Shown here one piece after another: positions 6,545-15,452 of a DNA stretch of 31,378 nucleotides. The notes below the pieces were generated by a model. The model saw only the letters and a program-made list of their open reading frames with translations, ran no database searches and was not told where the DNA came from. Positions within the stretch are counted from its first letter, which is position 1. Each line of letters starts with the position of its first letter. Both the position numbers and the translations under genes were made by a program. The stretch lies in IMG/VR virus record IMGVR_UViG_2667527976_000002; one strand, given 5' to 3'. The stretch comes from a virus (Duplodnaviria; Heunggongvirae; Uroviricota; Caudoviricetes).

Positions 6545-8943
6545 TAGATTGACTCCCCCATTTGTGCCTCAGTTAATTCTTTATGCCAAATGCGTAAATT
6601 TTTCACATGACCGAACAGGTGTCTGTTGCCACTGGATGATTGTCCACCGATATTAATATTACCGGCAGTATAACGTTGCAATGTATGCAGAGACGGGGAG
6701 CTGCCACCTAAAATTCCATCAACAACAACCTGCAACTGTTTATCTTCTGTAAACTTAAAGCCAGTAACAAATTTCCTTTTCTCTCTATTCCCATATGCTT
6801 TATATTCTGTTTTTGTTCCTTTGCCATTGGTGATAATTAGCCTTTTACCACGAGTGGTAAAACCAAAATACATATAACTTTCATCAGAAACTTCAGTCGT
6901 CGCCCCTGTAATTGAGATATTAAGCAAACGCGCAGAGCCTTCTAAATTAGGCATTTCAGAATCCCAATTAACATTAACTTCCATGAGAACACTAACTGGT
7001 GGAGTTGCCCAATTGAAAGGTATAGGTATGATTACCTGGTCACTTGCTCTCGTGGCACCGACCTCTGTTGTGATGATAAAAGATGACGCGTTTAGTCCCT
7101 TTTCGAATTGAGGGGTTGTTAACATTAATTTATCGCCAGACTTGATTGATCGTTGATGTGCTCCAAACTCAAAACGCCCATACATATTTTTTGCTTCTGG
7201 TGATTTGTAGGTAAACTCAACACGAATCCATCCATTAGACTCTCTGAATATGTTATAAGTTGCCGCCTCACCTCCAGAATAACTCAACATATCGCCAGTC
7301 TCGCAATCAATATATGCGCCAGCGGTCAGTGTGTTACTTGAGCCATCGTCGTTAACATATGATATTCTTGGACGCAACGTGATAATACCATCCCCACTTA
7401 CTTTTTTAACTCTGCAGGATAAAGTAACTGATTCATTTGCCGAAACTGAAATAACCCTGGTATATCCAGTAGAAATTAATGTCGCCCTTTCAGTTGTGGA
7501 TGTTTCTTTAACGCCAAACAAACCATAACTGAAACCATACTCATCAACTCCCGTGGTAATAGTTAAGTTAGCAGTGTCATAGTTCCACGATACTGGTGTA
7601 TTCGTATAAGAAAAAGTATTCGTTCTCTGACCTTCAATGAGCAGACCATCTTTTTCAAAACGTGGTTCATTTATCGCTGATTCAGCAAAACACCCAGACT
7701 TATCTATATACGTTGCAGTTGACGCCCTGGTAAATGAAACAACCTTTTCAGACGGCAATGCAATAACATCGTCACCAACTGTGATGCTCTTATATCCAGG
7801 AGCAAACCCGGTAATCATATCCAGTGAATCGTTAAACGGTATCCACACCTCAGGTAACGGCTGTAAGACATATTTATACGGCTCCGCAGCCTGGCTTGCG
7901 TACTCTCTGGCTGCATCTTCGCTTGCTTTAGCTGCCGTCTGGCTTGCTGCCGATGCTTTCGCTGAGTTCGCAGCCGCTGTTTCGCTCGCCTTTGCGTTGG
8001 TTTCACTGGTTTTTGCTGCTTTTTGACTGTTAGCTGATGCAGTGGCAGAAGCAGCCGCCGCACTTGCAGAACCAGCTGCAGCACTCTCGCTTTCAGCTGC
8101 TGCAGCCTGACTACTTTTCGCCGCAGTTTCACTGGCTTTGGCATTCGTTTCGCTGGTCTTCGCTGCTGTCTGGCTGGACTTTGCGTTAGTTTCACTCGTC
8201 TTCGCAGCTTTCTGGCTGTTAGCCGCAGCAGTTGCTGATCCGGCTGCTGAAGTCGCAGAACCGGCCGCCGCACTCTCGCTTTCAGCTGCTGCATCCTGAC
8301 TGCTTTTCGCCGCAGTTTCACTGGCTTTGGCATTCGTTTCGCTGGTTTTCGCTGCCGTCTGGCTGGACTTCGCGTTGGTTTCGCTCGTCTTTGCGGCTGT
8401 CTCACTGTTTTTCGCGTTGGTTTCTGATTTTTTGGCTGCAGTCGCGGAGTTTGCCGATGCAGTCTGTGAGGCCGCTGCCGCCTGTGCGCTGTTAGCTGCG
8501 TTCGTTTCTGAGGTTTTCGCCGCGTTCTTCGATGATGCCGCTGCTGTTTCGGATTTCTTTGCCGCCGCTGCGCTCTGAGAGGCGGCTTCAGCGTTGCGTG
8601 CCGCTTCTTCCACCATTTCCTCAAAACGACGCAATGCCTCCGGCATGACATCATCTTCCGTCATGGCACCGAGAAAATCATTCAGCGTCCCCGGCTTAGA
8701 ATCTTCATACACGGTGATGGTCCCGGCATGTGAAGGCGGAAAACCTTCAACCAGCAGGATAACGCTGTACTGGCCATACTCAACATCCATGCTGTAACGC
8801 CCGGCTTCATCCGGATTTTCAGAGGCCACCGTGTTCACCAGTACCGTGGTGCTGTTACGCTTTGCCTTCAGTTGAATAGTGCAGTTCTGTATTGGTTTTC
8901 CCGCACCATCTTTCAGCACACCTGAGATTTTTACTGCTGCCAT
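6544..8943 (-). CDS. stf: Side tail fibre protein Stf: lambda-like N-terminus, Ala/Ser/Thr-rich repeat shaft, non-lambda C-terminal domain (LamG-like tip)
   Basis: N-terminus MAAVKISGVLKDGAGKPIQNCTIQLKAKRNSTTV... matches recalled lambda Stf. The track ORF starts at a GTG at 8947-8949; the ATG at 8941-8943 gives the lambda-like start. The C-terminus ...NINIGGQSSSGNRHLFGHVKNLRIWHKELTEAQMGESI resembles laminin-G/concanavalin-type lectin folds. Confidence 0.85.
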   Translation of the reverse strand: MAAVKISGVLKDGAGKPIQNCTIQLKAKRNSTTVLVNTVASENPDEAGRYSMDVEYGQYSVILLVEGFPPSHAGTITVYEDSKPGTLNDFLGAMTEDDVMPEALRRFEEMVEEAARNAEAASQSAAAAKKSETAAASSKNAAKTSETNAANSAQAAAASQTASANSATAAKKSETNAKNSETAAKTSETNAKSSQTAAKTSETNAKASETAAKSSQDAAAESESAAAGSATSAAGSATAAANSQKAAKTSETNAKSSQTAAKTSETNAKASETAAKSSQAAAAESESAAAGSASAAAASATASANSQKAAKTSETNAKASETAAANSAKASAASQTAAKASEDAAREYASQAAEPYKYVLQPLPEVWIPFNDSLDMITGFAPGYKSITVGDDVIALPSEKVVSFTRASTATYIDKSGCFAESAINEPRFEKDGLLIEGQRTNTFSYTNTPVSWNYDTANLTITTGVDEYGFSYGLFGVKETSTTERATLISTGYTRVISVSANESVTLSCRVKKVSGDGIITLRPRISYVNDDGSSNTLTAGAYIDCETGDMLSYSGGEAATYNIFRESNGWIRVEFTYKSPEAKNMYGRFEFGAHQRSIKSGDKLMLTTPQFEKGLNASSFIITTEVGATRASDQVIIPIPFNWATPPVSVLMEVNVNWDSEMPNLEGSARLLNISITGATTEVSDESYMYFGFTTRGKRLIITNGKGTKTEYKAYGNREKRKFVTGFKFTEDKQLQVVVDGILGGSSPSLHTLQRYTAGNINIGGQSSSGNRHLFGHVKNLRIWHKELTEAQMGESI
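8020..8397. repeat. Tandem direct repeat (2 copies of ~189 bp plus a partial third) inside stf
   Basis: Near-identical DNA blocks (for example 8088-8215 versus 8268-8395) encode the 63-aa unit AAKTSETNAKSSQTAAKTSETNAKASETAAKSSQ(D/A)AAAESESAAAGSA...ANSQK twice, with nested ~14-aa sub-repeats. Confidence 0.7.
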
Positions 8944-8954
8944 ATCCACTCCAC

Positions 8955-8981
8955 AAAAAAGCCCGCCTGAACCGGCGGGCT
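8955..8981 (-). terminator. Rho-independent terminator downstream of lom
   Basis: Minus-strand hairpin agcccgcc-ggttca-ggcgggct followed by uuuuuu; sits between the lom stop (9008) and the stf start (8943). Confidence 0.5.
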
Positions 8982-9007
8982 GTCATAACACTGTGTTACC
9001 TGGCTAA

Positions 9008-9607
9008 TCAGAACTTATAACCGACACCCACGATGAAACCGTCAGTGCGCCAGTCACCACTGCCGGAGCCTTCATAAGCAATATCAATGGCCACGGATTC
9101 GGTCGGGTTAAACTGCACGCCAGCTCCCCACGCCAGAGACGTGTTGCTGTGGCGACCGTCATCACTTCCGGTCAGCACATCGTGCGTTTTCCCCTTGTTG
9201 TCAGTTACGCGGAGGTAATCCCCGGAAAAAGTCGAAACACGGCTGTAAGCCATACCCGCCATCGCATACGCGCTGAACCATTCATTCACGCGCACAGACG
9301 GCCCCGCCATCACGCTGAACCAGCGGTTACGCACGGAATCTTTATGCCAGCGGGTATCGCTGTAACGGGTCAGCTGACGATTCTTGTATCCTGCATAACT
9401 GAATGACGTCACCAGCCCCAGCGTGTCCGTAAATTCATAACGGTATTTCACGTTAATGCCCTTCAGGTCATCACTGCCTGGCATATCAGTATGGGTCTGA
9501 AGATACCCGGCGCTTAGTGTGGACTGATGCTCTGCTGCGCTCGCTGGCGTACCAGCGGCAACCAGCCAGACTACTGCGGACAGAATAACAGCACATAATT
9601 TACGCAT
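9008..9607 (-). CDS. lom: Outer-membrane protein Lom (Ail/Lom family beta-barrel)
   Basis: 199 aa with signal peptide MRKLCAVILSAVVWLVAAGTPASA; body closely matches recalled lambda Lom; ATG at 9605-9607. Confidence 0.9.
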   Translation of the reverse strand: MRKLCAVILSAVVWLVAAGTPASAAEHQSTLSAGYLQTHTDMPGSDDLKGINVKYRYEFTDTLGLVTSFSYAGYKNRQLTRYSDTRWHKDSVRNRWFSVMAGPSVRVNEWFSAYAMAGMAYSRVSTFSGDYLRVTDNKGKTHDVLTGSDDGRHSNTSLAWGAGVQFNPTESVAIDIAYEGSGSGDWRTDGFIVGVGYKF

Positions 9608-9674
9608 AATTACCTCTCGCTTTTCTGCAATAAAAAAGGCGTCATTTCTGACGCCCGTATTGGGGTTATAAAAT

Positions 9675-12600
9675 TCAGCTGATACTGATGCCTGCAGTGG
9701 CTTTCTTCATCACAACAACCAGCAAATCGCTGATACTTGCTGTGGGATACCAACCATTTACCCACCATGCTGATACAGAAAACTCCAGTGTCATTACACC
9801 ACTGCCTGCAGGCATATCAATAACACCCGTGTAAATCAGAGTATTATCCAGAGCCGTTCGGTTATAAATTTCAGCCCCGTTTTTCTTCACTATCAGGCGG
9901 CATGACGAATAAGTATCGCTATTCTCCCGCTCATGTCTGGCACCGCAGAAAGCCACCGCTGGAATAACAATTTGCCGGTCAAACGACTGATCGTCATAAA
10001 CCCTGACGGTAATAGTCCCTGATGGCCACCGCTCCGGTGCACGGGAGTCCCGGGGGAAAGCTTTGCCCACTGTTTTAACGAGATCGCCTTCAATCTGGTT
10101 CGCGGACAGTTTTCCCAGAACCCGACAGTTCTCGTTAATCGTGACATTATTGAGCGTCCCGGAGTTCGCATTCACGTTACCGCTGATATCGGCATTTTTC
10201 GCCGTCAGCCGCCCGTCCGGTGTCAGGGAAAATACCGGAGGATTGCCGCCACTGGTAATGGTGGGAGCCGTCAGATACTTCAGGAACACTTCGTTCATGA
10301 ATATCTGGTTGCCCTGCGCCACAAACATCGGCGTTTCATTCCCGTTTGCCGGGTCAATAAACGCGATACGGTTAGCGGCAACCAGGAACTGGCTCAGTTT
10401 GCCTTCCTCCGTATCCTCCATACTAAGGCCAAGCCCCGCGACATAATGCCTGCCGTCTTCGGTCTGCTCAATTTTGACGCCCCACATGGCATTCCATTTA
10501 TCGTTGGCGTCCTTCCACTCTTTCGAAAACTCCTCCAGTTTGCTGGCGTTATCCTCCGTCAGCTCGACTTTTTCCAGCAGCTCCTTGCCGAGATGGGATT
10601 CGGTTATCTGGCCTTTGAAAAAATCCAGGTAACCTTCCGCATCATCGCTCGGCTGACCAACAGCCTCCACGAATGCCGATTTGCCAACGGTGTTCACACT
10701 GCGGATATAAAAGTAATAATCATGGCCCGGTTTGATATTGATACTGGCAGCTATCCAGTACAGCGCCGTACCAAGATAGCGGGCTGTGGTCTCAACCTGC
10801 CTGATATCGGTAATCCGCTTTTCCGAGAACCAGAACTCAAACTGTACCGTCGGATCATAAACCGCAAGATGCGGCGTGGCAGTTATCTGAAAATAGCCCG
10901 GCGTCAGCTCAATCCGCGACGGCGCTGCCGGTGCGGCAATCCGGAACGATACCGATGCCGGATCGCCCTGCTGTCCCCACGCATTTACCGCCCGGACCGT
11001 CAGCGTGTAACGCCCCAGCGCCAGTTGCCTGAAGCGGTATGTGGTTTCCGTCGTCCTGGCCGTGCTGACCAGCCGCTCACTGCCGTCATCCGCTGCCACG
11101 GTCAGGCGAAGCATAAAGCTCACCCCCTTCACCACCTTCGGCGTATCCCAGCGCGCCAGCACCTGATACTCCCCGCTGTCTGAGGTGACTTCGGCAGTCA
11201 GGTGCTGCACCGCAGGCGGCGTGACACCATTCACCGTGCCGCTCTGGTCGCCGTCAAAGTGCGCCCCGTTATCCACGATGGCCTCTTTTTCCGGCACATG
11301 CTGCACGGCGGTGATGGCATACGTGCCGTCGTCGTTCTCACGGATACTCACGCAGCGGAACAGGCGCTGGCGCAGCGTCGGCAGCTTCAGCCCCCACACG
11401 CTGTATTCAGCAACACCGTCAGGAACACGGCTCACTTTTACCTTCACGCCGTCGGTGACGGACTGAACCTCCACGCTGACCGGATTGCCACTTCCGTCAA
11501 CCAGACTTATCAGCGTGGTACCGGAGGATGGCAGCGTGATTTCACGGTCGAGCGTCAGCGTCCGGGTCTGGCTGTTCACCGCCAGCACGCGCCCGCCGAT
11601 GCTGATACCCGCATAGTCATCATCACAGATTTCAATGACATCCCCCGGTACATGGCGAAGCCCTTCCGCACCCACGCTGAAGTCCACGGTCTGCGTTTCC
11701 AGCAGTTCCGTTTTAATCAGCCACAGCCCGGCGCGGTGCGCCTGCCCCCGGCTGGTACAGCCAAAGGCATCCATCTTCGTGACGTTACGACCGTAACGGG
11801 CAATGGCCTGCGTATCTTCAACAAGCTCTGTCGCCGTCTCCCAGCCGTTGTTCGGGTCAATCCAGTTCACCTCAACGGCATTATGGCGGTCCTTCAGGGC
11901 GCTGAAGCTGTAGCGGAACGGCGCGCCATCATCCGGCATCACCACATTACTGCGGTTATAGGTCCACACCTTATCTGATGGTCGGTCCTGCACGAACGTC
12001 AGCGTCTGCCCGTTCCATACCGGCATACAGCGCATCGCCGAGCAGAAATCACTGAGCACATCCCACGCCTTGCGCTGTGTGGTCAGCCAGGCATTACAGG
12101 TGATGCGCGGCTCCGTGCCACCAAAGCCATCCGGCACCGACTGGTCGCAATTCTGGCCGATGACATACAGCGCCCATTTGTCCACATCCGCCGCACCGAG
12201 ACGCTTCCCCATGCCGTAGCGCGGATGGGTCAGCATATCCCACAGACACCAGGCCATGTTGTTGCTGTATGCTGGCTTAAACGTTCCGTCCCAGATACCG
12301 CTGTATTGTCGCGTCTGCGGGTTATAGTTCGACGGCACCTGCAGAATGCGCCCGCGAAGATGATAATTACGACTCACCTGCTGGCTGCCGAACTGCTCCG
12401 AGTCCACCTGTACGCTGACCAGTGCCGTGTTCGGGTAGCACTGTTTCACATCGATGATTTCGGTGTATGACGACCAGAGCGTTTTGTTCTGCAGCTGGTC
12501 TGTGGTGCTGTCCGGCGTCATCCTGCGCATCCGGATATTAAACGGGCGCGGCGGCAGGTTATCCACCACCACCGAGGCCAGATACTGCGAGGTGGTTTTG

Positions 12601-13070
12601 CCTTTAATGGTGATGTCTTTTTCCGTCACCCAGCCACCGTTACGCTGTATCTGAACCAGCAGGCGGACTTCCGACGGATTCCGGTCCCCCTTTGAGGTGG
12701 TTTCCACCAGTGCCTGCACACCGAAGGTAAAGCGCAGACGGTCGATGTTTGCAGACGTGATGGTCCGGGTAATCGGCGTGTCGTACTTCACTTCCGTACC
12801 CAGCACCGTCTCGGAGCCGGAGGATTCAAATCCCTCCGGCGGTGTCTGCTCCTGCTCACCTGCCCGGAACACCACCGTGACACCGGAGATATTGGTATTC
12901 CCCTCACTGTCCAGCACCGGCGTACTGTTCAGCAGCACACTTTTTAATCCGTCCACCGGACCTTCAATCGGCCCTTCACTGATGGCGTCTATCACGCTCA
13001 GCATCTGGGATGATTTCAGGTTGTCCTTCGCTTCGCGCGGGGTATGCCCCTTACTGCTGCCTTTACCCAT
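9675..13070 (-). CDS. J: Tail tip / host-specificity protein J (central tail fibre)
   Basis: 1131 aa; N-terminus [20 protein letters not shown]... and most of the body match recalled lambda J; the C-terminal ~150 aa diverge. Confidence 0.95.
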   Translation of the reverse strand: MGKGSSKGHTPREAKDNLKSSQMLSVIDAISEGPIEGPVDGLKSVLLNSTPVLDSEGNTNISGVTVVFRAGEQEQTPPEGFESSGSETVLGTEVKYDTPITRTITSANIDRLRFTFGVQALVETTSKGDRNPSEVRLLVQIQRNGGWVTEKDITIKGKTTSQYLASVVVDNLPPRPFNIRMRRMTPDSTTDQLQNKTLWSSYTEIIDVKQCYPNTALVSVQVDSEQFGSQQVSRNYHLRGRILQVPSNYNPQTRQYSGIWDGTFKPAYSNNMAWCLWDMLTHPRYGMGKRLGAADVDKWALYVIGQNCDQSVPDGFGGTEPRITCNAWLTTQRKAWDVLSDFCSAMRCMPVWNGQTLTFVQDRPSDKVWTYNRSNVVMPDDGAPFRYSFSALKDRHNAVEVNWIDPNNGWETATELVEDTQAIARYGRNVTKMDAFGCTSRGQAHRAGLWLIKTELLETQTVDFSVGAEGLRHVPGDVIEICDDDYAGISIGGRVLAVNSQTRTLTLDREITLPSSGTTLISLVDGSGNPVSVEVQSVTDGVKVKVSRVPDGVAEYSVWGLKLPTLRQRLFRCVSIRENDDGTYAITAVQHVPEKEAIVDNGAHFDGDQSGTVNGVTPPAVQHLTAEVTSDSGEYQVLARWDTPKVVKGVSFMLRLTVAADDGSERLVSTARTTETTYRFRQLALGRYTLTVRAVNAWGQQGDPASVSFRIAAPAAPSRIELTPGYFQITATPHLAVYDPTVQFEFWFSEKRITDIRQVETTARYLGTALYWIAASINIKPGHDYYFYIRSVNTVGKSAFVEAVGQPSDDAEGYLDFFKGQITESHLGKELLEKVELTEDNASKLEEFSKEWKDANDKWNAMWGVKIEQTEDGRHYVAGLGLSMEDTEEGKLSQFLVAANRIAFIDPANGNETPMFVAQGNQIFMNEVFLKYLTAPTITSGGNPPVFSLTPDGRLTAKNADISGNVNANSGTLNNVTINENCRVLGKLSANQIEGDLVKTVGKAFPRDSRAPERWPSGTITVRVYDDQSFDRQIVIPAVAFCGARHERENSDTYSSCRLIVKKNGAEIYNRTALDNTLIYTGVIDMPAGSGVMTLEFSVSAWWVNGWYPTASISDLLVVVMKKATAGISIS

Positions 13071-13130
13071 TCCTCACGCTCCAGAAACGACAAAACCGCC
13101 CTGAGGCGGTTTCACACAAAACATTCTGCA

Positions 13131-13778
13131 TCAACGACCAATCACCACAACCTGACCACCATCTCCTTCATCTGCCGTGCTGATCTCCTGCGAAATCACC
13201 CGTGACCCCACGCGCATTTCACCGTACAGAACCGGCAGAACATTGCCCTGGGCAACCATGTTATCCAGTGAGGAGAAATAGGTGTTCTGTTTGCCGTTAT
13301 CCGTTGTCTGTGTACGGGGAGTTCTGGCTTTCGGTGCCAGCATCTGCGCCACACCACCGAGCACCATACTGGCCCCCGCACCATACATTCCTGTAATTGC
13401 GGCAGCCCCCAACCAACCTGCAGGGTTCCACCATGCCACCGCAATCAGCGCCGCCCCCAGCACAGCCTGAAAAACACCGCCACTTTTGGCTCCCGCCAGA
13501 CGCGGCACAATGTGGATCACGGCACCATTTGCCAGCGGTTCATTAAGACGGGCTGATAATTCAGTTTCACCTGCATCACGCCCGGCAATACGTACCTGAT
13601 ACCAGCCGTCGCTCAGTTTCTGACGAAACGCCGGAAGCTGTGTGGTCAGCGCCCGGACTGCTTCGGCCCCCGTTTTCACACGCAGGTCGATGCGGCGGCC
13701 AAATCGTTGTAAATCCCCGTAAAGGCAGATTCGCGCCATGCCCGGTGACGCCAGAGGGAGTGTGTGCGTTGCTGCCAT
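13131..13778 (-). CDS. I: Tail assembly protein I
   Basis: 215 aa, MAATHTLPLASPGMARICLYGDLQRFGRR...; overlaps K by 103 nt as in lambda. Confidence 0.9.
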   Translation of the reverse strand: MAATHTLPLASPGMARICLYGDLQRFGRRIDLRVKTGAEAVRALTTQLPAFRQKLSDGWYQVRIAGRDAGETELSARLNEPLANGAVIHIVPRLAGAKSGGVFQAVLGAALIAVAWWNPAGWLGAAAITGMYGAGASMVLGGVAQMLAPKARTPRTQTTDNGKQNTYFSSLDNMVAQGNVLPVLYGEMRVGSRVISQEISTADEGDGGQVVVIGR

Positions 13779-14419
13779 TTGTCGGTATACCTCTCTCGTT
13801 TACTCAGTTGTTCAGGAATATGGTGCAGCAGCTCGCCGTCACCACAGTAAATGGCGGCATGATTCGGCACCGATGAACCAAAACAGCACAGCAGCACATC
13901 ACCCGGTTGTGCTGATGACAACGGCACCTGATACAGCCCTGTGGCCTCCAGATTATCCAGATAGAGATTCTGGCCGTTACGCCACCAGTCATCCTCACGA
14001 TGAAAATCCGGCATCTCAATCCCCGCCAGATGGTAAGCGTCCCGGAACAGCGTGTAACAATCCGTCACCCCGTGCTCAAAGCGCCGCCCGGTAAGATGCG
14101 GCACACAGCGGAATTTATGAATCGCCCCCCGGCAGACCAGCCACCATGGCAAATCACTCTGCACCTGCAGCCGCCGGTCAGCCTCACTCAGCCAGGGCAG
14201 GCCACCGGGGTGGCTGTGGACCAGCGCCACAATCTCACCCTGCATCTCTGCCCGCAGCCAGTCCTCCGGCGACATCCGGAAATAATCCTCCGGCTCACCG
14301 GAGATATTCACGCAGGGAAAATATCTTTCCCCTTCCGACGTTCTCACCACGAAGCCGCACGACTCCGCTGGCGCACATCGCCGGGCGTGCGCCAGAATCG
14401 CTGATTCTGTCTCTGTCAT
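13676..14419 (-). CDS. K: Tail assembly protein K (MPN/JAB motif HSHPGG plus NlpC/P60-like region)
   Basis: 247-aa ORF whose ATG (14417-14419) lies 5 nt after the L stop. Lambda K is annotated shorter (199 aa) from an internal Met, so the true start is uncertain. Confidence 0.85.
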   Translation of the reverse strand: MTETESAILAHARRCAPAESCGFVVRTSEGERYFPCVNISGEPEDYFRMSPEDWLRAEMQGEIVALVHSHPGGLPWLSEADRRLQVQSDLPWWLVCRGAIHKFRCVPHLTGRRFEHGVTDCYTLFRDAYHLAGIEMPDFHREDDWWRNGQNLYLDNLEATGLYQVPLSSAQPGDVLLCCFGSSVPNHAAIYCGDGELLHHIPEQLSKRERYTDKWQQRTHSLWRHRAWRESAFTGIYNDLAAASTCV

Positions 14420-14424
14420 GGGAT

Positions 14425-15123
14425 TTACTGCGAAAGTTTGTTAATGGAAAGGAAGCCGCCAAAGTTGCCGACATTATTGCGGAACTTACAGCCACTCAGG
14501 CATTTGCTGCATTTATCCTTCGTGATTTCGGATGTCGGCTGGTCATATTCATCCGCGACCGCCGGACCGTGATAACCGCACTCATCACCGCGATAGGTCC
14601 AGGTGCAGGTATTAGCAAGCATGATGCGCCCCGGAAAAACGGCACCATCCGTTTCCGTCGGCGTGGACAGTACAAAAGAGGCACTGACCGCGCTCAGTTC
14701 GCTGCACTGCTCGATGCGCCAGCGGCTGATCACCTCCTGCTCCGGATCGGCGTCGCTGTTTCCGTTGACGAAGTTCACCGCATCCAGAAAACGGGCATAA
14801 ACCTTACGCCTGACCACCGTTCCGCCGACCAGACTCTGCAGGTCTTCCGCCATCCCGGTGACCATACCGTACAGGTTAGAAACCGTCAGCGTGGGGCGCG
14901 TACTGGTGCCTTTGCCATTCAGTTCAAAACCACTCCCCTGAATGGGATACGGCTGATACTGTCGCCCCTGCCAGGTGACCGGCTCACCTTTTTCGTTCTG
15001 CTCATTACAGAAAAAATAACGTTCTCCACCGACCTCTGTCAGGTCGATTTCCCAGAGCACCACGCTGGCCGACTGCTCCGCACGGGTGCATTCATTCAGT
15101 GTTTCCTGCCGGATATCCTGCAT
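14425..15123 (-). CDS. L: Minor tail protein L
   Basis: 232 aa, same length and position as lambda L; start overlaps M stop. Confidence 0.9.
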   Translation of the reverse strand: MQDIRQETLNECTRAEQSASVVLWEIDLTEVGGERYFFCNEQNEKGEPVTWQGRQYQPYPIQGSGFELNGKGTSTRPTLTVSNLYGMVTGMAEDLQSLVGGTVVRRKVYARFLDAVNFVNGNSDADPEQEVISRWRIEQCSELSAVSASFVLSTPTETDGAVFPGRIMLANTCTWTYRGDECGYHGPAVADEYDQPTSEITKDKCSKCLSGCKFRNNVGNFGGFLSINKLSQ

Positions 15124-15452
15124 CAGTTCACCACCTGTTCAAACTCTGCGCTGAACTCAACACGCAGCATACTGACCCGCGACGACCATTTTGCGCAGGT
15201 CACCTTTATCTGCCGCCACTCATAAGGCGGCGTCCACAGAAAGGCTTTCCAGCCCCCGTGCTCTTCCAGAAACGACTCCAGCGCCGCGGCCTCCCAACGG
15301 GGAACAGAAAGCGTCACGCTGTACGTTTTCAGGTTGGCATTCAGCCCGGCAGGCGCTCGCTGGGAATAGCCATCACCAAAGCGCACCTTTCTTACAGAAG
15401 GGGCCGAAGCCACATCCATACCGGGTTTCACTTTCCAGCGGAAGGTTTTCAT
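15123..15452 (-). CDS. M: Minor tail protein M
   Basis: 109 aa, MKTFRWKVKPGMDVASAPSVRKV...; start overlaps H stop. Confidence 0.9.
   Translation of the reverse strand: MKTFRWKVKPGMDVASAPSVRKVRFGDGYSQRAPAGLNANLKTYSVTLSVPRWEAAALESFLEEHGGWKAFLWTPPYEWRQIKVTCAKWSSRVSMLRVEFSAEFEQVVN

Noticed and set aside
8020-8397. Possibility that the stf tandem repeats or the 98-bp repeats at 31111-31306 are a CRISPR array
   Set aside because: Repeats are directly adjacent with no unique spacers; the stf repeats are in-frame coding sequence and the 98-bp units are far longer than CRISPR repeats.
7815-8654. 279-aa Arg/Lys/Gln-rich ORF on the minus strand overlapping the stf repeat region
   Set aside because: It is an alternative frame of the repetitive GC-rich stf shaft; the stf frame has the lambda-like N-terminus and continuity, so this is a frame artefact.
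10446-11978. Long plus-strand ORFs (245 and 258 aa) inside J
   Set aside because: Antisense to a conserved lambda J coding region; Arg/Pro-rich composition typical of antisense frames in GC-rich genes.
14146-15225. 359-aa plus-strand ORF spanning K, L and M
   Set aside because: Antisense artefact crossing three conserved tail genes; low-complexity Ala/Pro/Arg-rich translation.
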